64,000 bases of DNA from Candidatus Zixiibacteriota bacterium (GCA_050117845.1 JASFLY010000013.1:6829-70828); one strand, 5' to 3'; positions 8,624 through 18,718 are shown, numbered from the stretch's first letter. Notes: generated by a model from the letters alone, not told the origin. Numbers and translations are program-made.

Positions 8624-9760
8624 ATGAAATTGTACCTCGCCGCCGGGGAGGAGTCGGGAGACCTGCACGGGAGCTACCTCGCGCGGGCGCTCAAGGCGGT
8701 TTCGCCGGACGCAGCGCTGGCGGGGATGGCGGGCCCGCGGATGAGGGAGGCCGGCGTCGAGGCGCTGGTGCGGAGCGAAAGCCACGGCCTGGTCGGCCTG
8801 GTGGAACTCTTCGGCCGACTGGGGCAACTGAGCGGCGACCTTGGCACCCTCGGCCGGGCGATGGCCGAGGACGGCGACGCCCTGGTGGCCATCGACTACG
8901 GCGGCTTCAACGCCCGCGTGGTCGCCCGGGCGAAACGGGCCGGCCTGAAGACGTTCTACTATATACCGCCCAAGCTGTGGGCGTGGGGTAAGCACCGGGG
9001 GAAAGGGCTCGCCCGCGACCTCGACCTCGTACTGGCGGTGTTCCCGTTCGAGGTCGACTTCTGGCGGCGCATCGGCGCGGAGGTCGTTTTCGTCGGCCAT
9101 CCGCTCATGGATATCACCCGGCCTTCCGGCCGGGATTTGCGGTCGGCCTGGGGCATGGGCCCCGGCGAGAAACTCCTCCTCGTATTGCCGGGGAGCCGCC
9201 GGCAGGAGATAGCGAAGCTCTGGCCCCCGATGGCGGAGGCGTTGAAACTCGTCCTCGCGGGCCGCGACGACGTCCGGGTCGTGGTGGCCCCGGCGCCCTC
9301 GCTCGGGCCGGGGATACTGGAGGAGTTCGCCCCTCTCCCCGACGGCGTGACGGCGACGACGGAGCCGGCGGTGGACGTCATGGCCGCGGCGGACGCGGCG
9401 ATTACGGCGTCCGGGACGGCGACGCTCGAACTCGCGATAATGGGCGTACCCGCCGTTATCGTGTATAAGGTTAACCGTATAACCTGGGAAGTCGGGCGGC
9501 GGCTCGTGTACGTGGACCATTTGGGTTTGCCCAACATCATCGCGGGCCGGGAGGTCGTCCCTGAGTTATTGCAGGATGACGCCCGGCCGGACGCCATCGC
9601 CCGGGAGGCGACGCGGGCGTTGGACGACGAGGCGTTCCGCCGCCGCGTCAGCGAAGATTACGCCGAAATCAGGGAATCACTCCGGCCGCCGGCGGCCGCG
9701 GACAACGCCGCCGGGGCCCCGGGATACGCGGCCCGGTTAATCGTCGAGGCCCTCGCTTAA
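8624..9760 (+). CDS. lpxB: Lipid-A-disaccharide synthase
   Basis: AGEESGDLHG, IDY.GFN, YIPPKLWAW, FVGHPL, LPGSR..E, SGTATLE, LPNIIAG. Confidence 0.95.
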   Translation: MKLYLAAGEESGDLHGSYLARALKAVSPDAALAGMAGPRMREAGVEALVRSESHGLVGLVELFGRLGQLSGDLGTLGRAMAEDGDALVAIDYGGFNARVVARAKRAGLKTFYYIPPKLWAWGKHRGKGLARDLDLVLAVFPFEVDFWRRIGAEVVFVGHPLMDITRPSGRDLRSAWGMGPGEKLLLVLPGSRRQEIAKLWPPMAEALKLVLAGRDDVRVVVAPAPSLGPGILEEFAPLPDGVTATTEPAVDVMAAADAAITASGTATLELAIMGVPAVIVYKVNRITWEVGRRLVYVDHLGLPNIIAGREVVPELLQDDARPDAIAREATRALDDEAFRRRVSEDYAEIRESLRPPAAADNAAGAPGYAARLIVEALA

Positions 9761-11566
9761 ATGAACGAAGCTCAAACGGTAGAAGGTCCGCCGAACGTGG
9801 CGCGCCGGCTCTTTGCATCCGCGGCGCGCTACTGGCATTTCCTGCTGGTCGGCATGGTCGCCTCGGCGGTGGCGTCCGGCCTCGAGGCCTCGTTGCCGGT
9901 CATCATAGGCCAGGTCATCGACGTCCTCGCCGGCAAGAAGGACCAGCTTATCTTCAACCTCCTGCTCATGGGCTTCGACCGGCCTCGCCTCACGGTCGTC
10001 AACTTCCTCCCCATGTGGGTGCTGGCGGTCATACTTATCTCCGGCGCCGCCATCTTCCTCCGTTCCTACATGATATCGTACGCCGGCCAGCGGGTCGTCT
10101 TCAACATCCGCGAGAAGATTTTCAACCACCTCGTTATGTTGCCGCTGCGCTATTACGACGAACGGCGCTCGGGCGACGTCGTTTCCCGCGTGACCAACGA
10201 CGTCAACGTTCTGCAGGACACCGCGAACGCGCTCAAGGATATTACGTCGGCGCTCACGACGCTAGTTATCGTCCTCACCGTAATGTTTTTCCGGTCGTGG
10301 AAGCTGACTTTGATGGTGCTTATCACGTTCCCGGCGTTGGGGGTCATAATCAACTATCTGTCGGGGAAGAGCCGCAAGGCCGGCAAGCGCTTCCAGGCCG
10401 AGATAGGCTCGCTCACGGCGCTGCTGTCCGAAACGCTCCAGAATATAAAACTTATAAAATCCTTCCGGCGCGAGGACTTCGAGAAGAAGCGGTTCCTGGC
10501 GCGCAACTGGGAAACCTTCAAGGCGTGGATGTACGGCGTCAAGGTCGAATCCATCCTGCGGCCGTTGATGGAGGTCGTGAGCGGCCTCGGCATCGCCGGC
10601 TTCTTCTGGGTGGGCTGCCACCTCGTCCTCCACGGGAAGATGACGACGGGGACGCTCCTCGGCTTCACCGGCCTGGTGGTCATACTGTACCAGCCGGTCA
10701 AGGTGCTGGGCCGCGTCACGGCGCTTATCCAGCGGGCCATCGCCGCCGCCGGCCGCGTCTACGAGGTCGAGGACGAACCGGAGGAGCGGCGGTTGTGGCG
10801 CACCGGCGACCTGACCAAACGCATCGCCGGGGCCGTGCACTTCGACGGCGTGTCCTTCGCGTACGACGAGAAGAACTACATCCTCCGCGACGTCTCGCTC
10901 GACGTGAAGGAGAGCGAGGTTATAGCCATCGTGGGTCCCTCGGGCGCCGGGAAGACGACGCTCGTGAGTCTTATACCGCGCTTCTACGACATTACGTCCG
11001 GCACTTTGACCATCGACGGCGACAACATCCGCGACTACGACCTCGACGCCCTGCGCGACCAGATAAGCCTGGTGCCGCAGGAATCCATCCTCTTCGCCGA
11101 TACCGTATTCAATAATATTCGCTACGGCCGGCTCGACGCGACGCCGGACGAGGTGCGCGAGGCCGCCCGGGCCGCGAACGCCGACGACTTCATCGAGAAG
11201 TTCCCGAACGGCTACGAATCCTATATCGGCGAACGGGGCGTCCAGATCTCCGGCGGCCAGCGGCAGCGGCTCGCCATCGCCCGGGCCCTCCTCAAGGACC
11301 CGCGCATCCTCATCCTCGACGAGGCCACGTCGCACCTCGACTCCGAGTCCGAGGCCCTGATCCGGGAGGCGCTCGAGCGCGTCATGGTGGGGCGGACGAC
11401 CTTCATCGTCGCGCACCGCCTCTCCACGGTCCGACGGGCCGACCGCATCGTCGTCCTCGACGGCGGCCGCATCGCCGAGGTCGGCCATCATCACGAACTG
11501 GTACGGAGCGACGGCGTTTACGCCCGGCTCCTTCACGCGCAACTGGCGAGCGACCGCGAGGAATAA
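9761..11566 (+). CDS. msbA: Lipid A flippase, ABC transporter (TMD+NBD)
   Basis: N-terminal TM domain, GPSGAGKTT, ISGGQRQR, ILILDEAT; lies between lpxB and waaA. Confidence 0.85.
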   Translation: MNEAQTVEGPPNVARRLFASAARYWHFLLVGMVASAVASGLEASLPVIIGQVIDVLAGKKDQLIFNLLLMGFDRPRLTVVNFLPMWVLAVILISGAAIFLRSYMISYAGQRVVFNIREKIFNHLVMLPLRYYDERRSGDVVSRVTNDVNVLQDTANALKDITSALTTLVIVLTVMFFRSWKLTLMVLITFPALGVIINYLSGKSRKAGKRFQAEIGSLTALLSETLQNIKLIKSFRREDFEKKRFLARNWETFKAWMYGVKVESILRPLMEVVSGLGIAGFFWVGCHLVLHGKMTTGTLLGFTGLVVILYQPVKVLGRVTALIQRAIAAAGRVYEVEDEPEERRLWRTGDLTKRIAGAVHFDGVSFAYDEKNYILRDVSLDVKESEVIAIVGPSGAGKTTLVSLIPRFYDITSGTLTIDGDNIRDYDLDALRDQISLVPQESILFADTVFNNIRYGRLDATPDEVREAARAANADDFIEKFPNGYESYIGERGVQISGGQRQRLAIARALLKDPRILILDEATSHLDSESEALIREALERVMVGRTTFIVAHRLSTVRRADRIVVLDGGRIAEVGHHHELVRSDGVYARLLHAQLASDREE

Positions 11567-12892
11567 GTGGGCGGGAGCAACGGTTCCGATGCCGAATCGA
11601 AGGCGAAGGCGCGCTACGGCGGCCGCTTCTGGCTCGCGCTGGGCCTTTACAATATCCTACTCCATACGTTGTTCGCTTTGTTCTGGCTGCCGGCCTTGTT
11701 CCTCCGGGAGTTTCGGGGCCGCTTCATAAAACGCCTGGGCCTGCGCCTGCCGCGCATGAAGAAGTCGATATGGCTCCACGCGCCGTCGGTGGGGGAAGCG
11801 CTCGCCATCCGGGCCTTCGTGGAGGAGCTGCGCCGCCTCTTTCCCGGCCGCGAAATCGTCCTGACGACCTTCACGTCCGGCGGCCGCCAGGTGGCCAAGC
11901 GCGTCGCCGCCGACCATCACCTGGCTCTGCCGTACGACCTCTACCCGAGCGTGGCGCTGACGCTCCGCGCGTACGACCCGGCGCTGGTCCTGTTGGTGGA
12001 GGGGGACTACTGGCCCAACCTCCTTTACGCGTTGGAGCGGCGGGGCGTTCCGGTGGGCGTCGTCAACGGCCGCTTCACCGCCCGGAGCCAGAAGGGATAC
12101 CGGCGGATGGGCTGGCTCTTCGAGCCGCTGTTCCGCCGCTTCGCGTTCGTTTGCTCCGCGGAAGAGGAGTACGTGCCGCGCTACCGGGCGATGGGCGTCG
12201 AGGCCGACGACGTTTCGGTGACCGGCAATCTCAAATACGATAACTACGACACCACGACGTCGGACGAGGCGCTGGGCCTGGTCTCGGCGGCCCTGGGGAG
12301 GCCGGAGCCGGGGGACGTCCTCGTCGCCGCGAGTACGCACGCCGGCGAGGAAGAGATAGTAGCCGACGCGTATATGGCGCTTCGGGAAGCTAACCCCCGG
12401 TTAAAATTCTTCGTCGCGCCGCGCTATCCGGAGCGGGCGGCCGAGGTCGAAACGCTCCTGACGCGGCGGGGCCTGCGGGCCGTTCGGCGGAGCGAGTTGC
12501 CGGCGGGCGGGGGGGCCGTGGACGCGGTGGTGCTCGATACTCTGGGCGAGCTGGGCGGCCTTTACCCCGTGGGCGCCGTCGCCGTCATCGGCGGGTCCTT
12601 CGTGCCGCGGGGCGGCCAGAACATGGTGGAGGCCGCGTACCACGGCTGCATCACGCTGTGGGGGCCCCACGTCGAGAACTTCCCGGTGGAGACCGGACGG
12701 CTGGCCGGCCGGGGCGGCATCCGCGTGGAGGACGGGGCCGGCCTACTGGAGGCGTTGCGGGAAATCTACGCCAACGAAGAGGTGCGTAACGTGCTGGGCG
12801 AGGAGGCCGCGATGGTGGCGCGGGAGATGATGGGGGCGTCGAAGCGGACGGCCGCCGTGGTCCGGCGGGTTTACGAAAGGACGGTGCGCTGA
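11567..12892 (+). CDS. waaA: Kdo transferase
   Basis: IWLHAPSVGE, TGNLKYD, ASTHAGEE, APRYPER, DTLGEL, GGSFVPRGGQN. Confidence 0.93.
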   Translation: MGGSNGSDAESKAKARYGGRFWLALGLYNILLHTLFALFWLPALFLREFRGRFIKRLGLRLPRMKKSIWLHAPSVGEALAIRAFVEELRRLFPGREIVLTTFTSGGRQVAKRVAADHHLALPYDLYPSVALTLRAYDPALVLLVEGDYWPNLLYALERRGVPVGVVNGRFTARSQKGYRRMGWLFEPLFRRFAFVCSAEEEYVPRYRAMGVEADDVSVTGNLKYDNYDTTTSDEALGLVSAALGRPEPGDVLVAASTHAGEEEIVADAYMALREANPRLKFFVAPRYPERAAEVETLLTRRGLRAVRRSELPAGGGAVDAVVLDTLGELGGLYPVGAVAVIGGSFVPRGGQNMVEAAYHGCITLWGPHVENFPVETGRLAGRGGIRVEDGAGLLEALREIYANEEVRNVLGEEAAMVAREMMGASKRTAAVVRRVYERTVR

Positions 12893-14013
12893 TGGCGCGC
12901 GCCCCGGCGTTTTACCGCGCCCACCGGGCCATAGCCGGGAATTTCTTGTTGCGGCTATTGTTCATGCCGCTTTCCTGGGTGTGGCAGGGCGTCGGCGCTT
13001 TCAAGCGTTACCTCTACCGCAAACACGTCTTCGGAGCCGCCCGCCTCTCGCGGCCCGTCATCGGCGTGGGCAACCTGGCGATGGGCGGCGCCGGCAAGAC
13101 GCCCTTCGTAATATTCCTGGGGCAGTATCTTATTAATTACGGCGTCCACGTGGCCGTCGTCTCCCGAGGCTACGGCCGGGAAACGTCGGGCCGGGTGGTC
13201 GTGCGGCGGGCCGGGAACGTCTTGCAAATGGGGGAGAGCCGCGTCGGCGACGAGGCGCTGATGACGGCCCGGGCCCTCCCGCAGGCCACGGTGATAGTGG
13301 ACGAGGACCGGGCGGCCGCGGCCGAGGACGCCGTCGACGAGATGGGCGCCCAGATAATCCTCCTCGACGACGCCTTCCAGCATCTAAAAATCAAGAAGGA
13401 CTTGAACGTCCTTCTGGTGGACGCCCGCCGGCCCCCGGGGCCGGTCTTCCCGGCGGGGTACTACCGCGAGGGGCTGGCCGCCACGCGGGACGCGGACCTC
13501 GTCGTCTTCACCAAGTGCCGGGAGGGCGACCACCGCGAACGGTGGCGTCGGGCCCTGCGGCACGCCGGCTCCCGGGCGCCGCACGTCGAGGTCCAGTTCT
13601 CGCCGGCCTACCTCCGGCCGTTGAACAAGGACGAGCGGATGGCCCTGGCGAACCTGGAGGGGGCCAAGGTCCTCGCGTTCGGCGGCATCGCCGACTTCGA
13701 CCACTTCGCCGAGGACCTGGCGGAATCGGGCGCGGTCGTGGCGCGGCGCCGTCCCTTCCCGGACCACCACCGCTTCACGCACGGCGAACTCGCGGACGCG
13801 GAGGGCACGGCGCTCGTGGCCGGCTGCGACTTCCTGGTGACGACCGCCAAGGACGAGGCCCGGCTGGAGGGGTGGCGGCCTTCCGTCCTGACCTACGTGC
13901 TCGAGCAATCGGTCGAGATAATTTCCGGCTTCGACGTCCTCAACGATTTCCTGGACCGGATAATCTCGTCGGTACAGCTCAGGGGGAACGCGGGTGGCGA
14001 CGAGCAAGAATAA
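12892..14013 (+). CDS. lpxK: Tetraacyldisaccharide 4'-kinase
   Basis: VGNLAMGGAGKTP, SRGYG, GDEA, LDDAFQH, PAGYYRE, FPDHH. Confidence 0.94.
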   Translation: MARAPAFYRAHRAIAGNFLLRLLFMPLSWVWQGVGAFKRYLYRKHVFGAARLSRPVIGVGNLAMGGAGKTPFVIFLGQYLINYGVHVAVVSRGYGRETSGRVVVRRAGNVLQMGESRVGDEALMTARALPQATVIVDEDRAAAAEDAVDEMGAQIILLDDAFQHLKIKKDLNVLLVDARRPPGPVFPAGYYREGLAATRDADLVVFTKCREGDHRERWRRALRHAGSRAPHVEVQFSPAYLRPLNKDERMALANLEGAKVLAFGGIADFDHFAEDLAESGAVVARRRPFPDHHRFTHGELADAEGTALVAGCDFLVTTAKDEARLEGWRPSVLTYVLEQSVEIISGFDVLNDFLDRIISSVQLRGNAGGDEQE

Positions 14014-14941
14014 ACGGATAAAGCACCTAATCGAGTTCGCGTTCGTGTGGTCCGCGTTCGCCTGGGCCAACGTCCTGCCCGCGTCGTGGGCGGTGGCGAT
14101 CGGCGGCGCGCTGGGCCGCATCGCGTACGCGGCCTGGGGGCGGCGCCGCCGCATAGCGCAGGCCAACCTGCGATTCTGCTTCCCGGACGCCGGCGACGAT
14201 TGGATCGACGACGTGGCCCGCAAGTCCTTCGCCAACTTCGGCCGGGCCATGATCGACTACATGCGCCTGCCGCGGCTGAACGCCCGGAACGTCGAGAAGT
14301 ACCACAAGCTCGTCAACGCCGCGTCCTTCGACGAAGCGCTGGCCCGGGGTAAGGGGGCGATCCTCTTCACCGGCCATTTCGGCTCCTGGGAGCAGACGGG
14401 CGCCGCGGTGTGCCTGCGAGGTTATTCCATAAGCTTCCTCGTCGGCGAACAGCACAACAAGTACGTGGATAATTTAATGAACAAACTGCGGGCCGACGCC
14501 GGCATCGGCATCATCCACATGGGGGCGGCGGCGAAGGGCGTATTCCGCGCCCTGCGCGGGAACGGCATGGTGGCGCTCCTCTCCGACCAGGACGCCGGGG
14601 CGGAGGGGGCCGAGGTTACGTTCTTCGGCCGTCGCGCGTCGACGCCCAAGGGGCCGGCGGCCTTCGTGGCCAAGACCGGCGCCGCCATTTGCGCCGGCTT
14701 CACCATTCGCGACTCCAACTCCCACAACACGCTTATAATGGAGGACGCGGTCGTCCCCGAAATCACGGGGGACCTCGAGGCCGACATAGCGGCGCTCACG
14801 CAGGCCTATACCGACGTCCTCGAGAAATACTGCCGCGAGTACCCGGACCATTACTACTGGATGCACCGCCGCTTCAAGTCGACCCACCCCGAGATATACG
14901 AGGACCCGTCGCCGCACGCCCGGGGGAGCGGGGCCGGGTAA
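13994..14941 (+). CDS. lpxL: Lipid A late acyltransferase (LpxL/HtrB family)
   Basis: GHFGSWE, LSDQDA, FFG, YYWMHRRFK. Confidence 0.85.
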   Translation: MATSKNKRIKHLIEFAFVWSAFAWANVLPASWAVAIGGALGRIAYAAWGRRRRIAQANLRFCFPDAGDDWIDDVARKSFANFGRAMIDYMRLPRLNARNVEKYHKLVNAASFDEALARGKGAILFTGHFGSWEQTGAAVCLRGYSISFLVGEQHNKYVDNLMNKLRADAGIGIIHMGAAAKGVFRALRGNGMVALLSDQDAGAEGAEVTFFGRRASTPKGPAAFVAKTGAAICAGFTIRDSNSHNTLIMEDAVVPEITGDLEADIAALTQAYTDVLEKYCREYPDHYYWMHRRFKSTHPEIYEDPSPHARGSGAG

Positions 14942-14944
14942 GTC

Positions 14945-14973
14945 TTGCAATTATCGGCATAATCTTTTATACT
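14945..14973 (+). promoter_or_regulatory. Sigma70-type promoter
   Basis: TTGCAA-17 bp-TATACT upstream of the 15023 lipoprotein gene. Confidence 0.6.
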
Positions 14974-15022
14974 CTATTTATAAAAAGGTATCAGGCTGGT
15001 AACGCACATAGAGGAGAAGGCG

Positions 15023-15619
15023 ATGAGGAAATACCTGACGATTCTTATGTTGGTCGCGGCGGTGGCCATGCTGTGCGTTTCGTGCGGCGGTAAAAAGAAG
15101 GTCGTCACCGGGACGCAATACAAGTGCAAGGAGTGCGGTAAGGTCTACCGCGACGACACGCGGGAGATTGAAGTCGACCGCGGCATGGCCGAGGAACTCG
15201 GCATCGAGGTCGTCGAGGGGTATTGCCCCAAATGCGGCGACGAGTTGATGACCATCGAGCAGACGCAGAACCGGAAATGCCCGGTGTGCGGGAAGGACCA
15301 CGGGCCGGTTACGAAGAAAGTAACCATCGAGCGCAAGCTGGCCGATACCGTACCGACCGAAACGGAAGTCCCGTACCCCTGCTCGACCGGGAAATGCGCC
15401 AAGGTGGGCCGGCTCCACGAGAAGTACAACTGGGACTGGGCGGCCTGCGTCGCCGTGGCCGATCAGGCCATAGATATCGGCTATAATAAGGATATGGTTC
15501 GGGAAGCGTGGGGCCCGCCGACGCGAACCGAGAAGGTCGGCAACGCCGAACGGTGGTACTACGAGGCGGGTTACGTTACCATCGGCGCTTCGGGCAAGGT
15601 CGTCGAGATCAAGCAGTAG
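15023..15619 (+). CDS. Cys-rich lipoprotein with three CxxC motifs and a C-terminal BamE/DUF2845-like domain
   Basis: Signal with VSC lipobox; CKEC, CPKC, CPVC; GYNKDMVREAWGPP...ERWYY. Confidence 0.7.
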   Translation: MRKYLTILMLVAAVAMLCVSCGGKKKVVTGTQYKCKECGKVYRDDTREIEVDRGMAEELGIEVVEGYCPKCGDELMTIEQTQNRKCPVCGKDHGPVTKKVTIERKLADTVPTETEVPYPCSTGKCAKVGRLHEKYNWDWAACVAVADQAIDIGYNKDMVREAWGPPTRTEKVGNAERWYYEAGYVTIGASGKVVEIKQ

Positions 15620-15651
15620 GCGGCCCGCTCCCGCGTTGACCCAATAAAAAT

Positions 15652-15675
15652 AACCCTCCCTTATGGGAGGGTTTT

Positions 15676-15676
<1 letters not shown>
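15652..15676. terminator. Bidirectional terminator between the lipoprotein gene and tRNA-Glu
   Basis: AACCCTCCC-TTAT-GGGAGGGTT flanked by A and T tracts. Confidence 0.75.
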
Positions 15677-15750
<74 letters not shown>

Positions 15751-15837
15751 GAACGGGTGCGGACTATAACATAAAACGGGGCCGGAGTAAACCACCTTCG
15801 TTTGGGGAATCCGTTCGCACCGGGCCGGAGCCGCGCA

Positions 15838-15866
15838 TTGACTTCGCGGCTCCGGGGGCGTATAAT
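15838..15866 (+). promoter_or_regulatory. Near-consensus sigma70 promoter, divergent from tRNA-Glu
   Basis: TTGACT-17 bp-TATAAT. Confidence 0.75.
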
Positions 15867-15873
15867 GGGGAAA

Positions 15874-16878
15874 ATGAAGGAACGCTTTTTAATACTCTTT
15901 TTGGCGGCCTCGACGGCCGTCGGGGGCGCTTTCGCGCAGGCCGAGCCCGAGAAGTATTCCAGCAAGGAATACGGCATATATTTCGACGTTCCGGCCGGGT
16001 GGACGTTGGACAAGAAGGCCGAAGGCTCCCTCTTCGCCCTGCGCGATTCCCTGGGCCTGATTGAGATTAAAGTGACCGCGCGTATCATCGCCAACAAGAA
16101 GGATATCCGGGAGTTCGCCAAGGGCCACGAGGCGGGACGGGGCCTGTCCGGCAAGGGCGCCGTTCTCGCGGATATGGTGAAGAACGAGACGTACGCCGAA
16201 GCGACGCGCGAGGCTTTAAAACCTTTCGTTTACGACGATATTGAGGCGACGGACAAGGCGCGGAAAAAACATGCCGAGAACGCCGCGAAGGCCGCCGCCG
16301 GGGAGGGGGGCGGCGAGGGCGGGGGGTCCATCCCGGACGAGGGCGATTTCCTGGCGACGAAGACGACCCGCCTGTACGAGGCCGAGGATCTGCCGACGAC
16401 TGAAATTATAGTCTACGTAATCGGCGGGGGAGTGGGGTATACGGTGTCCATAGGCGCCGGCCGCGACGACTTCTACGCGGTGCTCCCCATGGCCCGGGAC
16501 GCCGTCGCGGCCATGAAACTCGACCGGCTGTCGGGGGGGCGCTACGCCCTGCCGGACGGCAAGGCCATAGAGGCGGCCAAGAAGGGTATCATAATGGGGA
16601 AGGTCCTGCGGAACGGCCGGCCTGTTATCGGCGCCGCGGTCAACCTGTACGTCGACGCCGCGGCCTATAACGGCGGCGTCCCCTCCCATAGCTCCCGGTC
16701 GAACGGCTACGGCGAGTATACCTTCACCCAACTCAACGGCGGCCGCTACTACCTGCTCGAGGTTTACGGCGTGAGCGACGAGGGTATACGCGTCCGCTCC
16801 GTTCAGCCCATAAAGAATATCGACGTAACGGAGGGAAGGGTAAAGTTCGTTAACATCGAGGTAGCGGGCGCACAATAG
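15874..16878 (+). CDS. Secreted protein: PsbP-like N-terminal region plus C-terminal carboxypeptidase-regulatory-like domain
   Basis: Signal peptide (AFA|Q), YGIYFDVPAGW, GIIMGKV...SNGYGEYTF..L..GRYYL. Confidence 0.6.
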   Translation: MKERFLILFLAASTAVGGAFAQAEPEKYSSKEYGIYFDVPAGWTLDKKAEGSLFALRDSLGLIEIKVTARIIANKKDIREFAKGHEAGRGLSGKGAVLADMVKNETYAEATREALKPFVYDDIEATDKARKKHAENAAKAAAGEGGGEGGGSIPDEGDFLATKTTRLYEAEDLPTTEIIVYVIGGGVGYTVSIGAGRDDFYAVLPMARDAVAAMKLDRLSGGRYALPDGKAIEAAKKGIIMGKVLRNGRPVIGAAVNLYVDAAAYNGGVPSHSSRSNGYGEYTFTQLNGGRYYLLEVYGVSDEGIRVRSVQPIKNIDVTEGRVKFVNIEVAGAQ

Positions 16879-16940
16879 AAAACTACGGTTCGGATTAAAA
16901 CCCGTGGGCCGGCCGCGTGTCAAATTACTGGACGAGAAAT

Positions 16941-16969
16941 TTGACAGGGCCGGTTCTACGGGTTAAAAT
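16941..16969 (+). promoter_or_regulatory. Sigma70 promoter of TonB paralog 1
   Basis: TTGACA-17 bp-TAAAAT. Confidence 0.7.
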
Positions 16970-17065
16970 TTATATGGAGAGGTTGATTTAGGCCGAAAAA
17001 ACGGGGGGTCGAACGGGGGGAAGAAGAAAACCGGCGAAACGCACTACGACGCAGGAGGTGATACC

Positions 17066-17788
17066 GTGGTTAAGAAAATCAAAACCGCGCAGCAGAAGCT
17101 GAAGGCAAGGATTTCCGGCAAGTTATTTAAGTATACCTTCATGTTCTCGGTAACTCTGCACCTCGGTATCTGGGGCCTCTTAGGTAACCCGTTCGGCGGC
17201 TCGGGAGGCCAGCTCGTTGCCCAGCAGTTCTTCAGACATTTCGATCCCATTATACCCGTCAATTACAACAGATTACCGGAACCGACTTCGATAACCAACC
17301 CGGTGCCGAAACACGGCCCCCCCGGCATCAAGGGCCATAGCGAGATGGGTGAGAACCCCATTCCCGTCCCCGATAACGAAACGGAAAATACCGGCTACAC
17401 GGACCGGGACCCCAGCAAGATCACGAAGGTCGGCCCCGGTACCAGCATCATCGTGAATCCGGAACCGGGCATCGACAAACCGACTTCGGCCTCGCCCAAC
17501 GTCATCGAGTTCGTGCCCACGTCCGAACCGCCGCGCATCCTCAAACAGGTCCGACCCGAGTATCCCGATATCGCGCGCTCTTCCGGCATCGAGGGTGACG
17601 TCGTCCTCATGGTCTACATCGACGAGAGCGGCAGGGTTCGCAACGCCGTCGTCCAGTCCTCGCCGGGTTTGCCGGCGCTGGATGAGGCCGCCATCAAGGC
17701 CGCTTACGGCTGCAAGTTCAAACCGGCCGAACAGCAGGGCGTTCCGGTCGGCGTGTGGTACAGCCTGGTCATGCAGTTCGAGCTTTAA
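17066..17788 (+). CDS. Energy transducer TonB family protein
   Basis: SVTLH TM anchor, Pro-rich linker, PEYPDIAR..GIEG.V...IDESG.V, LDEAAI.A...KFKPA. Confidence 0.9.
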   Translation: MVKKIKTAQQKLKARISGKLFKYTFMFSVTLHLGIWGLLGNPFGGSGGQLVAQQFFRHFDPIIPVNYNRLPEPTSITNPVPKHGPPGIKGHSEMGENPIPVPDNETENTGYTDRDPSKITKVGPGTSIIVNPEPGIDKPTSASPNVIEFVPTSEPPRILKQVRPEYPDIARSSGIEGDVVLMVYIDESGRVRNAVVQSSPGLPALDEAAIKAAYGCKFKPAEQQGVPVGVWYSLVMQFEL

Positions 17789-17807
17789 GTCCCTCGTACT
17801 AATCCGA

Positions 17808-17833
17808 GGCCGGGGTTCATCCCCGGCCTTTTT
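17808..17833 (+). terminator. Rho-independent terminator
   Basis: AGGCCGGGG-TTCAT-CCCCGGCCT then TTTT. Confidence 0.8.
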
Positions 17834-17894
17834 CGTATGGATTAAACGGCGGCCGCGACCGCCGCGTCCAATATACGGGGCACGAGAAATTGAC

Positions 17895-17923
17895 TTGACA
17901 CCCCCGGCGGCATTAGTTAGAAT
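17895..17923 (+). promoter_or_regulatory. Sigma70 promoter of TonB paralog 2
   Basis: TTGACA-17 bp-TAGAAT. Confidence 0.7.
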
Positions 17924-17963
17924 ATTTCTTGATATTATTGTCCCCGCAAGAGGAGGCACGAAC

Positions 17964-18695
17964 GTGGCGAAGAAAAAAGTACTATCTCAGGATAAGCTGA
18001 AGAAGAGATTGGGCGGCAGCCTTTTCCGGTACACGTTGCTGGTTTCGGCGGTAGTCCACTTCAGCATATGGGGCATCGCGGCGGTGCCCAAGGACGTGCT
18101 GTCGAGCAAGGGCGAAGTAAAGATGGGCGACGGCAAGCTGGTAATGAAAAAGGTAAAGAAGACCTACGACGATCTGCCGCCGCCTCCCTCGTTAGAAGCT
18201 CCCGAACCGGAAAGCGCTCCCAAGGGTCTGGAAGCCAAGGGCAGCGTCGGCGAGGTTCCCCTTCCCGTCCCCGATGAACTCGCGGACGCCGACACGATTT
18301 CGGACGCCATCGGCGGAGGTGACGCCGAGGGATTCGGAGAGGGCACCGAGATACTGATCGAGGAAACCATCGAGGTCACCGAGGGCGGAGAGTCGCCCTG
18401 GGATACGGTCAGTTTCGACGTCGAGTATTCCGAGGCGCCGGTCATCGTTCACGAGCAGCGGCCGGTGTATCCGGACATCGCTCGGGACTCGGGCGTCGAG
18501 GGTGACGTTATCATGCTGGTCTACATCGACGAATCCGGGAACGTCCGGAACGCGGTGGTCCAGTCCTCGCCGGGTTTGCCGGCGCTGGACGAGGCCGCCA
18601 AGAAAGCCGCGATGAAGTGCAAATTCAAACCGGCGAAACAGCAGGGCGTGCCGGTCGGCGTGTGGTACAGCATCGTAATGCAGTTCCGCCTGTAA
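17964..18695 (+). CDS. Energy transducer TonB family protein
   Basis: GTG after AGGAGG; SAVVH anchor; C-terminal domain nearly identical to 17066-17788. Confidence 0.9.
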   Translation: MAKKKVLSQDKLKKRLGGSLFRYTLLVSAVVHFSIWGIAAVPKDVLSSKGEVKMGDGKLVMKKVKKTYDDLPPPPSLEAPEPESAPKGLEAKGSVGEVPLPVPDELADADTISDAIGGGDAEGFGEGTEILIEETIEVTEGGESPWDTVSFDVEYSEAPVIVHEQRPVYPDIARDSGVEGDVIMLVYIDESGNVRNAVVQSSPGLPALDEAAKKAAMKCKFKPAKQQGVPVGVWYSIVMQFRL

Positions 18696-18718
18696 ACACG
18701 ACTACAAACAAAATGACG

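Noticed and set aside
9761-11566. ABC transporter as exporter for the RiPP-like locus
   Set aside because: No peptidase domain, 20 kb away, and embedded in the lipid A operon as expected for MsbA
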